From NCBI GenBank assembly GCA_965237525.1, contig CBDEFO010000007.1, forward strand, positions 768,001 through 832,000: a stretch of DNA of 64,000 nucleotides. The letters are read 5' to 3'. Both the position numbers and the translations under genes were made by a program. Positions 10,824 to 20,623 of the stretch are shown in pieces; position 1 is the stretch's first letter, and each line of letters begins with the position of its first letter. This DNA is from Candidatus Latescibacterota bacterium (GTDB lineage Bacteria; Latescibacterota; CBDEFO01). Below the pieces are notes generated by a model. It did no database searches. It saw nothing but the letters and a program-made list of their open reading frames with translations, and was not told the origin of the DNA.

Positions 10824-13016
10824 ATGAAATCTGTCTCAATTTTAGATAGTCTAAATCCGATGCAGCGTGAAGCTGCACAGATTGTAGATGGACCTATTTT
10901 GATACTGGCAGGCGCGGGGAGCGGTAAGACGGGGTGCCTTACCCACAGGATAGCCTATCTGATGGGTGAGGGGGGTGTAGACCCGAAGAACATCCTTGCG
11001 GTGACGTTCACAAATAAGGCTGCAAATGAGATGAAGGAAAGGGTGGAAGGGCTGATAGGGATAGCGGTGAAGGATATGTGGATAGGGACTTTTCACTCTA
11101 TGTGCGCCAGGATATTGAGGATTGAGGCGGAACATGTAGGTTATACTAGAAACTTTACGATATACGATTCTGACGATCAGCTCTCCTTAGTCAAGAAGGT
11201 TATGAGGAATCTTGGGGTTCCGGAGAGTCAGGTTCATCCTTCTGCTGCAAGGGGAAGAATAAGCAGGCTGAAGAATTCTATGATCGAAGCAGAGGACTTT
11301 GAGTCCTCTGCAACGACTTACGCTGATGAGATCATAGCAAAGATATATAGGCAGTATCAGGTTTCCCTGAGGGGGAACGGGGCTTTCGATTTCGACGACC
11401 TACTTTTGGAGCCTGTTAGGATATTCAGTGAGTATCCCGATATTTTGAGTAAATATCAAAGAAAATTCAGATATATACTGGTAGATGAGTACCAGGATAC
11501 GAATAGACCCCAATACGTGTTAACAAAGATATTAGTGCAGAAGCACAGAAATATATGCGTTGTAGGAGACGACGATCAGTCTATCTATTCGTTTCGCGGA
11601 GCAGATCTCAATAATATTCTTGACTTCGAGAAGGACTACCAGGACGTTAGAGTCATAAGGCTTGAACAAAACTACCGTTCAACGGAAAATATACTGGCCC
11701 TGGGCAATGCAGTTGTAAGCAATAATAAGGGTAGGAGAGGTAAAGAGCTTTGGACAGATAAAGGAAAGGGCGAGAGAGTAGGCTTCCTAAATTGTGAGGA
11801 TGAGAGGGATGAGGGGAGAAGGATAACAGGGGTTATAGGTGATGAATTATCAAAAAATGGGCGATCATTAGCAGACTTTGCGCTTTTGTACAGGACTAAC
11901 GCTCAATCCAGAGCTCTGGAGGATGCGTTCAGGTCTGCCGGGATTCCGTATGTGATAGTAGGTGGAGTAAAGTTCTACGAGCGAAAGGAAATCAAGGATG
12001 CACTGGCTTACTTAAGGGTCATAGCAAATCCGAGAGATTCTGTGAACTTAAGGCGCATCATCAATGTTCCCAAAAGGGGTATAGGCGATACCACTGTCGA
12101 GAGAGTAGAGACATTCGCTTTAAGAAATGGATTGTCTCTCTTTGAGGTTTTAGGGAGGCTGGATGAGATTGAGGAACTGACCTCAGCAGCAAGGAAGAGG
12201 ATTACTGACTTTAAGAGCATGATAGAGGAGTTTATTGCCCGGAAAGAACAGGTAGAGATGGATATTTTGGTGAGGGATGTGGTGTCAAAGACAGGCTATT
12301 TAGATGAGCTGAGGTCTGAAGGGACAATTGAGGCGGAGTCGAGAACAGAAAATGTTGAGGAGTTGCTGTCCGCTGTTGTGAATTTTTCTGAGAGGCGAGA
12401 TGACGCGTCTTTGGAGGCATTTTTGGAGGAGGTGTCGCTGATCACTGATATTGACAGGTGGGACGATCAAAAGGATGCAGTAACGATGATGACGCTGCAC
12501 AGTGCAAAAGGTCTGGAATTTCCAGTTGTGTTCATAACCGGATTGGAGGACGGGCTCTTTCCGCTGTCGAGGAACATAGAGCAGGGGAACGATCTGGAAG
12601 AGGAAAGGAGATTGTTCTACGTGGGGATCACGAGGGCAAAGGAGCGTCTATTGTTATCTGCCGCAAGCCGGCGTTCAAGGTTCGGCAATACGCTGTGGAG
12701 CGAGCCATCTCGTTTTTTGGGTGAGATTCCGCCGGATTTGATTGAAGGAACTGTGAGAATTGGCAAGGGAGAGTATCTCTTGGAGGACGACGTGAATTTT
12801 AAGGAGTACAGATCCAGTGATGACGTATATACTGACCTGTACGATACATCATGGCTGGATGTGGGCAAACGGGTGATACATCCAGATTGGGGCAATGGCA
12901 AGGTGTTAAAGATGAGCGGCAGGGGAGAGGATATGAAGTTGGTTGTCAAGTTTAAGAGTGCAGAGAAGAGGCTGTTGGTCAAATATGCCAAGTTGAGACC
13001 GGGAGAGGCAGTCTAA
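10824..13016 (+). CDS. pcrA: UvrD/PcrA-family DNA helicase
   Basis: AGAGSGKT, VDEYQD, LEQNYRS, TLHSAKGLEF and EEERRLFYVGITRA; C-terminal Tudor-like tail; start ATG 10824 after GGGAGA. Confidence 0.95.
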   Translation: MKSVSILDSLNPMQREAAQIVDGPILILAGAGSGKTGCLTHRIAYLMGEGGVDPKNILAVTFTNKAANEMKERVEGLIGIAVKDMWIGTFHSMCARILRIEAEHVGYTRNFTIYDSDDQLSLVKKVMRNLGVPESQVHPSAARGRISRLKNSMIEAEDFESSATTYADEIIAKIYRQYQVSLRGNGAFDFDDLLLEPVRIFSEYPDILSKYQRKFRYILVDEYQDTNRPQYVLTKILVQKHRNICVVGDDDQSIYSFRGADLNNILDFEKDYQDVRVIRLEQNYRSTENILALGNAVVSNNKGRRGKELWTDKGKGERVGFLNCEDERDEGRRITGVIGDELSKNGRSLADFALLYRTNAQSRALEDAFRSAGIPYVIVGGVKFYERKEIKDALAYLRVIANPRDSVNLRRIINVPKRGIGDTTVERVETFALRNGLSLFEVLGRLDEIEELTSAARKRITDFKSMIEEFIARKEQVEMDILVRDVVSKTGYLDELRSEGTIEAESRTENVEELLSAVVNFSERRDDASLEAFLEEVSLITDIDRWDDQKDAVTMMTLHSAKGLEFPVVFITGLEDGLFPLSRNIEQGNDLEEERRLFYVGITRAKERLLLSAASRRSRFGNTLWSEPSRFLGEIPPDLIEGTVRIGKGEYLLEDDVNFKEYRSSDDVYTDLYDTSWLDVGKRVIHPDWGNGKVLKMSGRGEDMKLVVKFKSAEKRLLVKYAKLRPGEAV

Positions 13017-13019
13017 GTC

Positions 13020-13048
13020 AGATTGCCTGCGCTTAAGCTCGCAATGAC
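13020..13048. repeat. REP-like GAGATTGC..TCGCAATGAC repeat
   Basis: AGATTGCCTGCGCTTAAGCTCGCAATGAC; same family at 35121, 41167, 56873, 60645 and 60756. Confidence 0.7.
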
Positions 13049-13112
13049 GGCTTAGTGAGAAGATATACACCCTGTTTACTTATTTAGAGCGCCACAAGAA
13101 GGAGTATGAGCT

Positions 13113-13400
13113 ATGCCCGTTACGTTGGATGACGTTGACAAGGTAGCGTCCCTGTCAAGGTTATCATTTTCAGATGATGAGAGACGAAGGTTAGTGGATG
13201 ACCTGAACAGAATCCTTGAGTATATGGATCAGTTGAACGAGCTGGACACTGAGAATGTCGAGCCTACAGCTCACGTTCTTTTGATGAGCAACGTGTTTCG
13301 GGAGGATGCAGAGAAGCCTTCTATGCCGAAGGAGAAGTTGTTGGCGAACGCTCCGAGTCAGGAGAAGGGCTACTTTAAGGTGCCGCAGGTGATCGAGTAA
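13113..13400 (+). CDS. gatC: Asp/Glu-tRNA amidotransferase subunit C
   Basis: VA.LSRL, LDTENVEPT, FRED and NAP...GYFKVP motifs. Confidence 0.95.
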   Translation: MPVTLDDVDKVASLSRLSFSDDERRRLVDDLNRILEYMDQLNELDTENVEPTAHVLLMSNVFREDAEKPSMPKEKLLANAPSQEKGYFKVPQVIE

Positions 13401-14161
13401 TGGGACGGACGGCTGTGATAATTCCCGCACGATACGAGTCGAAAAGACTCCAAGGAAAGGTCCTTTTGAGAATTGCGGGTAAGCCGATGATAGAACATGT
13501 TTACAAGAGGGCGTGCAAGGCTTGTGTGGCATCTGATGTCATCGTAGCTGCGGATGATATGAGGATAAAGGAGGCAGTTGAGGGTTTCGGTGGGATAGCG
13601 GTTATGACTTCTTCTGAGCACAAGAGTGGTACGGACAGGATAGCTGAGGTTGTGGAGTCGTTGAAGGATGTAGAAATAGTTGTAAATGTTCAAGGAGATG
13701 AACCGCTAATTGATCCGAGTGTGATAGATCTTGTGGCCCATCCACTTATCAGGGATAGAAATATAGTAATGGGAACAGCAGCGTACAAGATCAGATCTTT
13801 AGAGGAACTATTAAGCACAAATTTAATTAAGGTGGTCGTTGATAGAGAGGGCTTCGCCCTTTACTTCTCAAGAGCACCGATTCCTTTCATTAGAGATATT
13901 GAAGATAGACCTCACGTGATGGACGAATATTGCTTCCTGGGACACATAGGTATATATTCTTATAGGAGACGATTTTTGTTAGAGTTTGCTCGTATGGAAC
14001 CTGCACCTTTAGAAGAGATCGAAAGGTTAGAACAGTTGAGAGCGTTGGAGAATGGATATAAAATATATGTGTCCAGGACAGAGTTCAGGTCTGTGGGTGT
14101 GGATACAATGGAGGATTTAGAGAGGGTAAGGAGGAAGATGAGTCGTTGTGACACAAGCTAA
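13400..14161 (+). CDS. kdsB: 3-deoxy-manno-octulosonate cytidylyltransferase
   Basis: IIPARYES.RL.GK, SGTDR, VNVQGDEP and LEQLRALE motifs. Confidence 0.96.
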   Translation: MGRTAVIIPARYESKRLQGKVLLRIAGKPMIEHVYKRACKACVASDVIVAADDMRIKEAVEGFGGIAVMTSSEHKSGTDRIAEVVESLKDVEIVVNVQGDEPLIDPSVIDLVAHPLIRDRNIVMGTAAYKIRSLEELLSTNLIKVVVDREGFALYFSRAPIPFIRDIEDRPHVMDEYCFLGHIGIYSYRRRFLLEFARMEPAPLEEIERLEQLRALENGYKIYVSRTEFRSVGVDTMEDLERVRRKMSRCDTS

Positions 14162-14190
14162 GGAATCGATATGAGACGATTGGAAATCCA

Positions 14191-14874
14191 GTGTTAGAAG
14201 GAGATGTAGTGGAACTCTATCTTATTAGACACGGTCAAGCAAGGTATTTTGGGGATGACGGGAAGATGCAGAACAGTCAGGGCTTTCTGACTGAATTAGG
14301 TCATCGTCAAGCAGAGAGGGTAGGGGAGCGTTGCAGGAATCTTGAGGTGGATTATCTCTACAGCAGCCCCTTGAAGAGAGTTCAGGAGACTGTGAGCTAT
14401 CTGTCTCGAGCTCTGGGAAAGTCCCCGGAGTTTCTTGAATGGTTGAGGGAAATCAGCGTGGGCGATTTTGATGGATGGGCGGAGCCTATGGTTCGAAAGC
14501 ATCTTGAGGAGGTAGCACTAAGGCCGCTTGCAGCCTGGTGGGACGGGTACCCGAGGGGGGAGACCTTTAGGGAGTTCCACAAGAGGGTGACAAGAGGGTT
14601 AGATTATCTTCTGAAAAGCCACAGCGTGGAGAAAGATGGAGATTCTTATAGAATTGTGGGAGAGCAGGATCAGCGTCTGTGTCTGGTTTGTCATGCGGGG
14701 ACGATTTCCGTTATTGTTAGCTATCTTCTGGAGTTGCAGCCTGTGCCTTGGGAATGGCACAGATTCTCCTCAGAGAACACCGGGGTATCCTGCATTCAAT
14801 TCGGGAGAGTTGGAGACGCACTTAAGCCCTCTTTGATCTTTTTTAATTCCATTTCTCATCTGAACGGCATTTAG
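14191..14874 (+). CDS. Histidine phosphatase family protein
   Basis: LIRHG, SSPL.R, GE and VCHAG motifs. Confidence 0.88.
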   Translation: MLEGDVVELYLIRHGQARYFGDDGKMQNSQGFLTELGHRQAERVGERCRNLEVDYLYSSPLKRVQETVSYLSRALGKSPEFLEWLREISVGDFDGWAEPMVRKHLEEVALRPLAAWWDGYPRGETFREFHKRVTRGLDYLLKSHSVEKDGDSYRIVGEQDQRLCLVCHAGTISVIVSYLLELQPVPWEWHRFSSENTGVSCIQFGRVGDALKPSLIFFNSISHLNGI

Positions 14875-14908
14875 GTCGTTTAAAGCGTGATGTACAGGAG
14901 GAAGGAAA

Positions 14909-16699
14909 TTGAACCCTAAATATGAGGGCCCAAGATTAATCGTAGTAGCAGGCGGGGTTATTAGTGGTGTGGGCAAGGGAACCGCTACGGCTTCGATCGG
15001 GAAGATATTGCAGCAGTACGGCTACAGCGCAACTGCAATCAAAATTGACCCATACATAAATTACGATGCAGGGACGCTGAGGCCTACAGAGCACGGTGAG
15101 GTGTGGGTGACAGATGACGGCGGAGAGATAGACCAGGATCTGGGGAATTACGAGAGACTATTGGGGATTGACATCCCGAAGCGGAATAATCTGACAACAG
15201 GACAGATATACCGGACGGTGATAAATAGGGAAAGGGGTGGGGAGTATCTGGGACAGACGGTTCGACCTATTCCCCATATTACAGATGAGATTAAAAGGAG
15301 AGTCTTAGAATCGGCTGTGGGATTTGATATAGCTCTGGTGGAAGTAGGTGGGACAGTAGGAGACGACGAGAACGAGCCTTTTTTATTTGCGATGAAGGGT
15401 CTGGAAAGAGAAATAGGGGAGCTGAACGTCATCTATATCCTCGTTACCTACCTTCCAGTGCCGTCTCATATTGGGGAGATGAAGACGAAGCCGACTCAAC
15501 AGGCAATTAAGCTTCTAAGTGAGCATGGCATCTTTCCCGATTTTGTCCTGTGTCGGGCAAATGAGCCTTTAGATGAGGTAAGGAAGAAAAAGATAGAGAT
15601 TTCCGCGAATATAGCGGCCGATTCTGTGATTTCAGCCCCAGATATCCAGACCCTGTACGATATTCCACTGAATCTGGAGAAGGACGGTATTGGTAGGAAA
15701 ATCCTGGAAAAGTTCGGCCTGGAGCCGAGAAAGTCGCCGGATTGGACGAACTGGCAAAGTCTGGTAAGGAGAATAAGAAATCCTTCTAAGACTCTGTGTG
15801 TGGCGATGGTAGGGAAGTACGTGGATATAGGGGACTATAGTCTAATGGATTCTTACATATCTATAAACCAGTCTTTAGAGCATGCGGGAGCGGCGTTCGA
15901 TGTGGGGATCGATATCGATTGGATAGACTCTAAAGGGATAGAAGAAGACGATAAGGGGACTGAGAATCTGAGGGAATTCGACGGAATTATAGTTCCAGGG
16001 GGGTTCGGAGGAAGAGGTGTGGAGGGTAAGATAGAGGCTATCAAGTTTGTGCGGGAGAACAACATACCGTTTTTGGGTTTGTGTTATGGGCTTCAGCTTG
16101 CTGTGGTGGAGTTCGCAAGGAACGTCTGCGGGATGAACGGGGCCCACACCGCAGAAATAGATCCCTCGACAGAGTACGCCGTTATAGATACTCAGCCGGG
16201 TCAAAGGGAAGTTATAGAAAAGCGTGAATATGGAGGGACCATGAGGCTTGGGGCGTACGCGGCTGTGTTGAAGAGGGGGAGTCTGGTCTATGAACTCTAT
16301 AGGAAGTCCAGCCGTCTGGAGGAGGACTCAGAGAAAATTGAAACCATGAAAAAAGATAAGGATCAGGTGTTCAGACTGGGCTTGCTTCACAAGTGGGAGG
16401 ATGCAGTTTTAGAAAGACACAGACACCGGTACGAGGTCTCTCCACTTTTTATTGAGCTTTTTGAGGATTACGGATTGGTGTTTTCCGGATATTACAAAGG
16501 GCTGGACGGCGCCAAGTTGATGGAGTTCGTAGAACTTCCAAAACACAGATTTTTCGTGGCAACTCAGGCACATCCTGAGTTTAAGTCGAGGCTGGAAAAA
16601 CCAGCCCCACTCTTTTTGGGATTCGTGGAGGCAATGCTAAAGTGCCAGGCCGAATATGAGGTAAAAGATGAGTTACATTCTACACTAAACACAAGGTAA
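14909..16699 (+). CDS. pyrG: CTP synthase
   Basis: GGVISGVGKG, KIDPY, KTKPTQ, GLCYG, RHRHRYE and QAHPEF motifs. Confidence 0.97.
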   Translation: MNPKYEGPRLIVVAGGVISGVGKGTATASIGKILQQYGYSATAIKIDPYINYDAGTLRPTEHGEVWVTDDGGEIDQDLGNYERLLGIDIPKRNNLTTGQIYRTVINRERGGEYLGQTVRPIPHITDEIKRRVLESAVGFDIALVEVGGTVGDDENEPFLFAMKGLEREIGELNVIYILVTYLPVPSHIGEMKTKPTQQAIKLLSEHGIFPDFVLCRANEPLDEVRKKKIEISANIAADSVISAPDIQTLYDIPLNLEKDGIGRKILEKFGLEPRKSPDWTNWQSLVRRIRNPSKTLCVAMVGKYVDIGDYSLMDSYISINQSLEHAGAAFDVGIDIDWIDSKGIEEDDKGTENLREFDGIIVPGGFGGRGVEGKIEAIKFVRENNIPFLGLCYGLQLAVVEFARNVCGMNGAHTAEIDPSTEYAVIDTQPGQREVIEKREYGGTMRLGAYAAVLKRGSLVYELYRKSSRLEEDSEKIETMKKDKDQVFRLGLLHKWEDAVLERHRHRYEVSPLFIELFEDYGLVFSGYYKGLDGAKLMEFVELPKHRFFVATQAHPEFKSRLEKPAPLFLGFVEAMLKCQAEYEVKDELHSTLNTR

Positions 16700-16707
16700 G
16701 TTTATAG

Positions 16708-17529
16708 ATGAAAAGCTTTGATGTAGGCAAAATCCGAATCAGCAGTGATAGTCTGATCCTTATAGCTGGACCCTGTGTAATTGAATCCCGGGAGCTGGTG
16801 ATGAGGACAGCAGAGGCACTAAGGAATATATGTCAACGTGCAGGGTTTCCAGTCATCTTCAAGTCATCTTATGCTAAGATGAACAGGACAAGCATAGATT
16901 CGTTTTCAGGATTGGGGATAGATAGGGGCTTGAAAATCCTGGAGAGTGTAAAGAGCGAATTAGGAATGCCTGTGACGACGGATTTTCATTCTGCAGGAGA
17001 GGCAGATGTAGCAGCACAGGTAGTGGATATGCTCCAGGTTCCCGCGTTTTTAGTAAGACAGACGGATATCTTGCTTGCAGCAGGAAAGACAGGAAAGCCG
17101 GTGAATGTGAAAAAGGGTCAGTTCTTAGCTCCTGAAGATATGACTTATGTAGTGGAGAAAATAGAGTCTACAGGAAACAGACAGGTTATGCTAACTGAGA
17201 GAGGAACTGCTTTCGGGTATCATGATCTGGTGGTGGACATGAGGTCTTTAGTTGTAATGAAAGCCGCAGGATATCCTGTGGCTTTCGATGCAACTCATGC
17301 AGTAGTCTCTCTAAACCCGAGTAAGAATGAGAACAAGGAGTGTATAGAAGCTCTCTCCAGGGCGGCCGTGGCAGTAGGCGTAGATGTAGTATTTATTGAG
17401 ACACATCCCGATCCACCTCGGGCTCTGTCAGATGGAGCAAGGATGCTACCTTTAGATAGATTAGCGGAGTTATTGGAGGTGCTGAAGAGAGTAAACGAGG
17501 CTGTAAGAGACAAGACGAAAAAACATTAA
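16708..17529 (+). CDS. kdsA: 3-deoxy-8-phosphooctulonate (KDO8P) synthase
   Basis: IAGPCVIES, KxNRTS, PAFL.RQTD, KKGQFLAP and DATH motifs. Confidence 0.95.
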   Translation: MKSFDVGKIRISSDSLILIAGPCVIESRELVMRTAEALRNICQRAGFPVIFKSSYAKMNRTSIDSFSGLGIDRGLKILESVKSELGMPVTTDFHSAGEADVAAQVVDMLQVPAFLVRQTDILLAAGKTGKPVNVKKGQFLAPEDMTYVVEKIESTGNRQVMLTERGTAFGYHDLVVDMRSLVVMKAAGYPVAFDATHAVVSLNPSKNENKECIEALSRAAVAVGVDVVFIETHPDPPRALSDGARMLPLDRLAELLEVLKRVNEAVRDKTKKH

Positions 17530-17731
17530 ACCTCCTACAGTGTTGTGTGTCCAAGACAGTAGAGGAAGGAATGGGACACTTCCAATCTAAACTTTAGGAG
17601 CTGAAAAACCGTGAAATTGCGGATGCTGGGAGAACAGATCACTTTGATTGCGTTTGTCGCAGTGTTTGCGCTGTATGTCTTCTCAAACTTCGCCCTACTG
17701 TTCTGAGCATTTGTTACCTCTTGAGAGTATT

Positions 17732-18290
17732 ATGTCAGAGCAGGGCGATGAAATATCACTTGTGAAGCAGTTTAAAGAGGGAGATGAGAGAGCATTTAAC
17801 CGAAATTGTCAGAACTTACCAAGAGAGGCTCTATTATCTTGCTTTGAAGCTTCTGGGGGACAGAGAAGATGCACAGGATATCTCGCAAGAGGCATTTGTA
17901 AAGGCCTATTACGGTTTAAATAAGTTTAAGGAGGATTCATCTTTATATACGTGGCTCTACAGGATTGTGCTGAATCTGTGTATGAATCGCCGACGGAGGG
18001 ACAAATTAGTAGAATTTGTTTCATTGGACGTTTTAAGTGAGATTACAGCGTCTAAGAGTGCTAATCCAGATAAAAAAGCGGAAAATTCCGAACTTAATGC
18101 TGCTATTAAAGAGGCAGTAGATAGCCTTCCAGAGAAACAGAGGGCTATATTTATATTAAGACAGTACGAGGAACTCTCTCACAACGAGATTGCAGAAATA
18201 GTAGGTAGAAGCGTTGGTGCAGTAAAGTCTAACTATTTTCAGGCAGTTAAAAAGCTTCAAAAGTCGCTGGTTAAGCATAGAGATGTATAG
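17732..18290 (+). pseudogene. ECF sigma-70 factor, +1 frameshift near 17800
   Basis: MSEQGDE...GDERAFN (from 17732) continues as EIVRTYQERLY..DAQD..QEAF..TWLYRI in the next frame; region 4 SHNEIAE..G.VKS. Confidence 0.82.
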
Positions 18291-18314
18291 ATTTAACTTT
18301 CAGGCGAAATAGAA

Positions 18315-19019
18315 ATGAATTGCAATAATATAAATGACCGTCTTATAGATTTTATCGAGGGGCAGTTGGAGGAGGAGGAGAAATTGGCTGTTAAGAGACA
18401 CATAGATTCGTGTGAGGATTGTCTCCAAGATTTGGAAAGTTTGAGACCTCTTCTGGAAGATGTAGGTTCTTTCGGAAAAAGTTATAATGAAGAGGAGAAC
18501 ATTCTCTGGGCTAATTATCTTCCTCAGGTAAGGGAAAGGATAAATAGAAAAAAAGAGAAGAAGCTGTGGATAAGGGCAGCTGTTCCGGCTATAGGGATTT
18601 TGAGTATAGCTATTTTGCTATTTTTTCTAAACGGCGGTGGCAAACCCGATTCCCGTATGGGAGAAGAATGGACACCCGTGACTGGTGCTGAGGAATGGTA
18701 CATTGGAGAGCTTGTAGACTTTGTAGTAGACTCATCGGATGTAGAAAAGATCATTATCAGTAGGCTGATCAGTCCTGGAATGATTGAAGATATAGCTGCT
18801 TTAGAGGAGTCCGAAGGATTTGGCTATGATAATACTGATGTGGATGTCAGTAGCCAGGAGTATGGCTACGTAGTCTATGAGGCTCAGGAACTCGGCACCG
18901 CCGCGCTGGACTATATAATTGAAAGGTCGGATTTGGACACTCTTCTTGAAGATCTTGATCAAGAGAGTCAGGAGGAGCTGCTCCAGAGGCTAGAAGCAAT
19001 CTCCTTATCGATGGGGTAG
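18315..19019 (+). CDS. Anti-sigma factor (zf-HC2, single TM)
   Basis: MNC...HIDSCEDC zinc motif, then a TM segment; directly follows the ECF sigma. Confidence 0.85.
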   Translation: MNCNNINDRLIDFIEGQLEEEEKLAVKRHIDSCEDCLQDLESLRPLLEDVGSFGKSYNEEENILWANYLPQVRERINRKKEKKLWIRAAVPAIGILSIAILLFFLNGGGKPDSRMGEEWTPVTGAEEWYIGELVDFVVDSSDVEKIIISRLISPGMIEDIAALEESEGFGYDNTDVDVSSQEYGYVVYEAQELGTAALDYIIERSDLDTLLEDLDQESQEELLQRLEAISLSMG

Positions 19020-19191
19020 TGGACTGTCAAGTATATTCTCTTGAATGACAATAACAACCGACGGTCACAGAAGCAGATTGGCAGAATCTCAAAGTTGAGG
19101 ACAGAAGGAACGCGGACAGGGAAGCCATTGCCGATGAGTGCAGGTAGTGTAAGGATTTATGGATTAGTGGTCTCTTAAGGAGGCATGAAAA

Positions 19192-19815
19192 ATGAAAAGT
19201 GTTTATGTTGTATTTATATTGGTCTTGGGAGGACTTATCGCTGGATTAGATAGTAGAGCTATGTCACAACCTAGGCCATTTAACTTCCCGGCAAGAGGGG
19301 AGAAAATGAGGGAGAGGATAAGGACTATTCGTACCTGGAAGATGGTTGAACTGATGGATCTGACTGAGGAGCAGTCGCAGAGGTTTTTCCCTATTATGAA
19401 TCGGCGCGAAGATAGGGAAAGAGAGCGGAATGAGAAGAGACATGAGATTATGCGGGAACTGCGAGAGCTTGTCGAGAATAAGGATACGTCGGATGATGAG
19501 TTGAAAAAGAAGATTGAGGAAGTAAGGAAAAATAACGTTGAACACCAGGAGAACAGCGAAAAGTTTCATAAGGCTGTAGAGAAGGTGTTATCCGTGCGGC
19601 AACAGGCAAAGTTGATGTTCTTCGAGCCGCGCTTTGAAAGAGAATTAAGAGACATTGTGAGAGACTTTAGACATCGAAGAATGGGGGAGCTTTGGCAAGA
19701 AGGACAATCGAGGGAACAGACGCAGAAGTTGGAGGAGTGGCAAGAGGAAATGAGAAGGCATCAGCAGGAAATTAGAGAATTGCAGGAGAAGATGCAGGAA
19801 GAAATAAAGAAGTAG
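19192..19815 (+). CDS. Exported Spy/CpxP-like helical protein
   Basis: Signal peptide; MDLTEEQ and VLSVRQQAK (LTxxQ-like) motifs; coiled-coil. Confidence 0.7.
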   Translation: MKSVYVVFILVLGGLIAGLDSRAMSQPRPFNFPARGEKMRERIRTIRTWKMVELMDLTEEQSQRFFPIMNRREDRERERNEKRHEIMRELRELVENKDTSDDELKKKIEEVRKNNVEHQENSEKFHKAVEKVLSVRQQAKLMFFEPRFERELRDIVRDFRHRRMGELWQEGQSREQTQKLEEWQEEMRRHQQEIRELQEKMQEEIKK

Positions 19816-19859
19816 GGGAAGGAACAAACGGGGGAGAGTAGCAAAAAGATGGAAAGGCC

Positions 19860-20074
19860 GTAGACGATTTGCCTTTTGCAGTAGGAATATTAAGATAGCC
19901 CGTGGGTCTTCCGTTCTCTCCCTCGAAGTCACTGGGATACGGGGCGAGTAGGTCGGGAAGCTTAGGATGTGCTCGAAAGGAAGCAGGTAGCACGCAATGT
20001 TTGAATGGGACACGGTCTGGCCCTGTAATCTCTTTCCCAGCGATGACGCGTTCCCTGGATGTCATTTGAATCAT
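19860..20074 (-). pseudogene. N-terminal fragment of a uroporphyrinogen decarboxylase/methyltransferase-family protein
   Basis: MTSRERV...GPDRVP is a typical N-terminus for this family; similarity ends after about 55 aa. Confidence 0.55.
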
Positions 20075-20552
20075 TTTCTGCCTTCAGAACTCTTCACATA
20101 AATTATGGGAGAATGCCGCCACACCTAAGTGACTGCTGAATGACATCTGGGGATTACACAAGATGGTACACAAGGGCGGGCTATGACACCCAGTTTCTGC
20201 TCCTCTTCCTCAGGCGAAAGGCAATCTGTCAGCGGAACCGTTCCGCGAAGTCAGGCACTTGTTTTCCCCGTCTCTAGACGCTGTTCCTAACGGGCACAAG
20301 ATACGCCAGGGGGTCATTCAGATCCGCATAGTTCGGCGCTTCCGTCATCCCGGGGCCCATGCACGTTTCGGTCTTTCCCCATTGACTGCCAATTATCTGC
20401 TCGTGTTAGGACATCGATCCCAGGAAATGCCACCAAGGGTAGAAATACCGCTGGCACCCAACCCCCAACAAACGTTGTCCTGGTTAAGCTTCCTGTCATC
20501 TACCTGCCGCACCAGAATTCCAGACATCCCAGATTGTTTGGATCTATTTTTT

Positions 20553-20580
20553 AGTTCCTATAATGTATATTATGTAAACT
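20553..20580. other. dif: dif site (XerC/XerD chromosome dimer resolution site)
   Basis: AGTTCCTATAA-TGTATA-TTATGTAAACT, an 11-6-11 layout matching known dif sites; sits at the gene-strand and skew switch. Confidence 0.9.
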
Positions 20581-20623
20581 TACACTAATATTCACTTTAT
20601 TTCTAGTACTTTTTATAACATGA

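Noticed and set aside
20259..20588. 109-aa + strand ORF
   Set aside because: No RBS or motif, and it runs through the dif site; probably spurious
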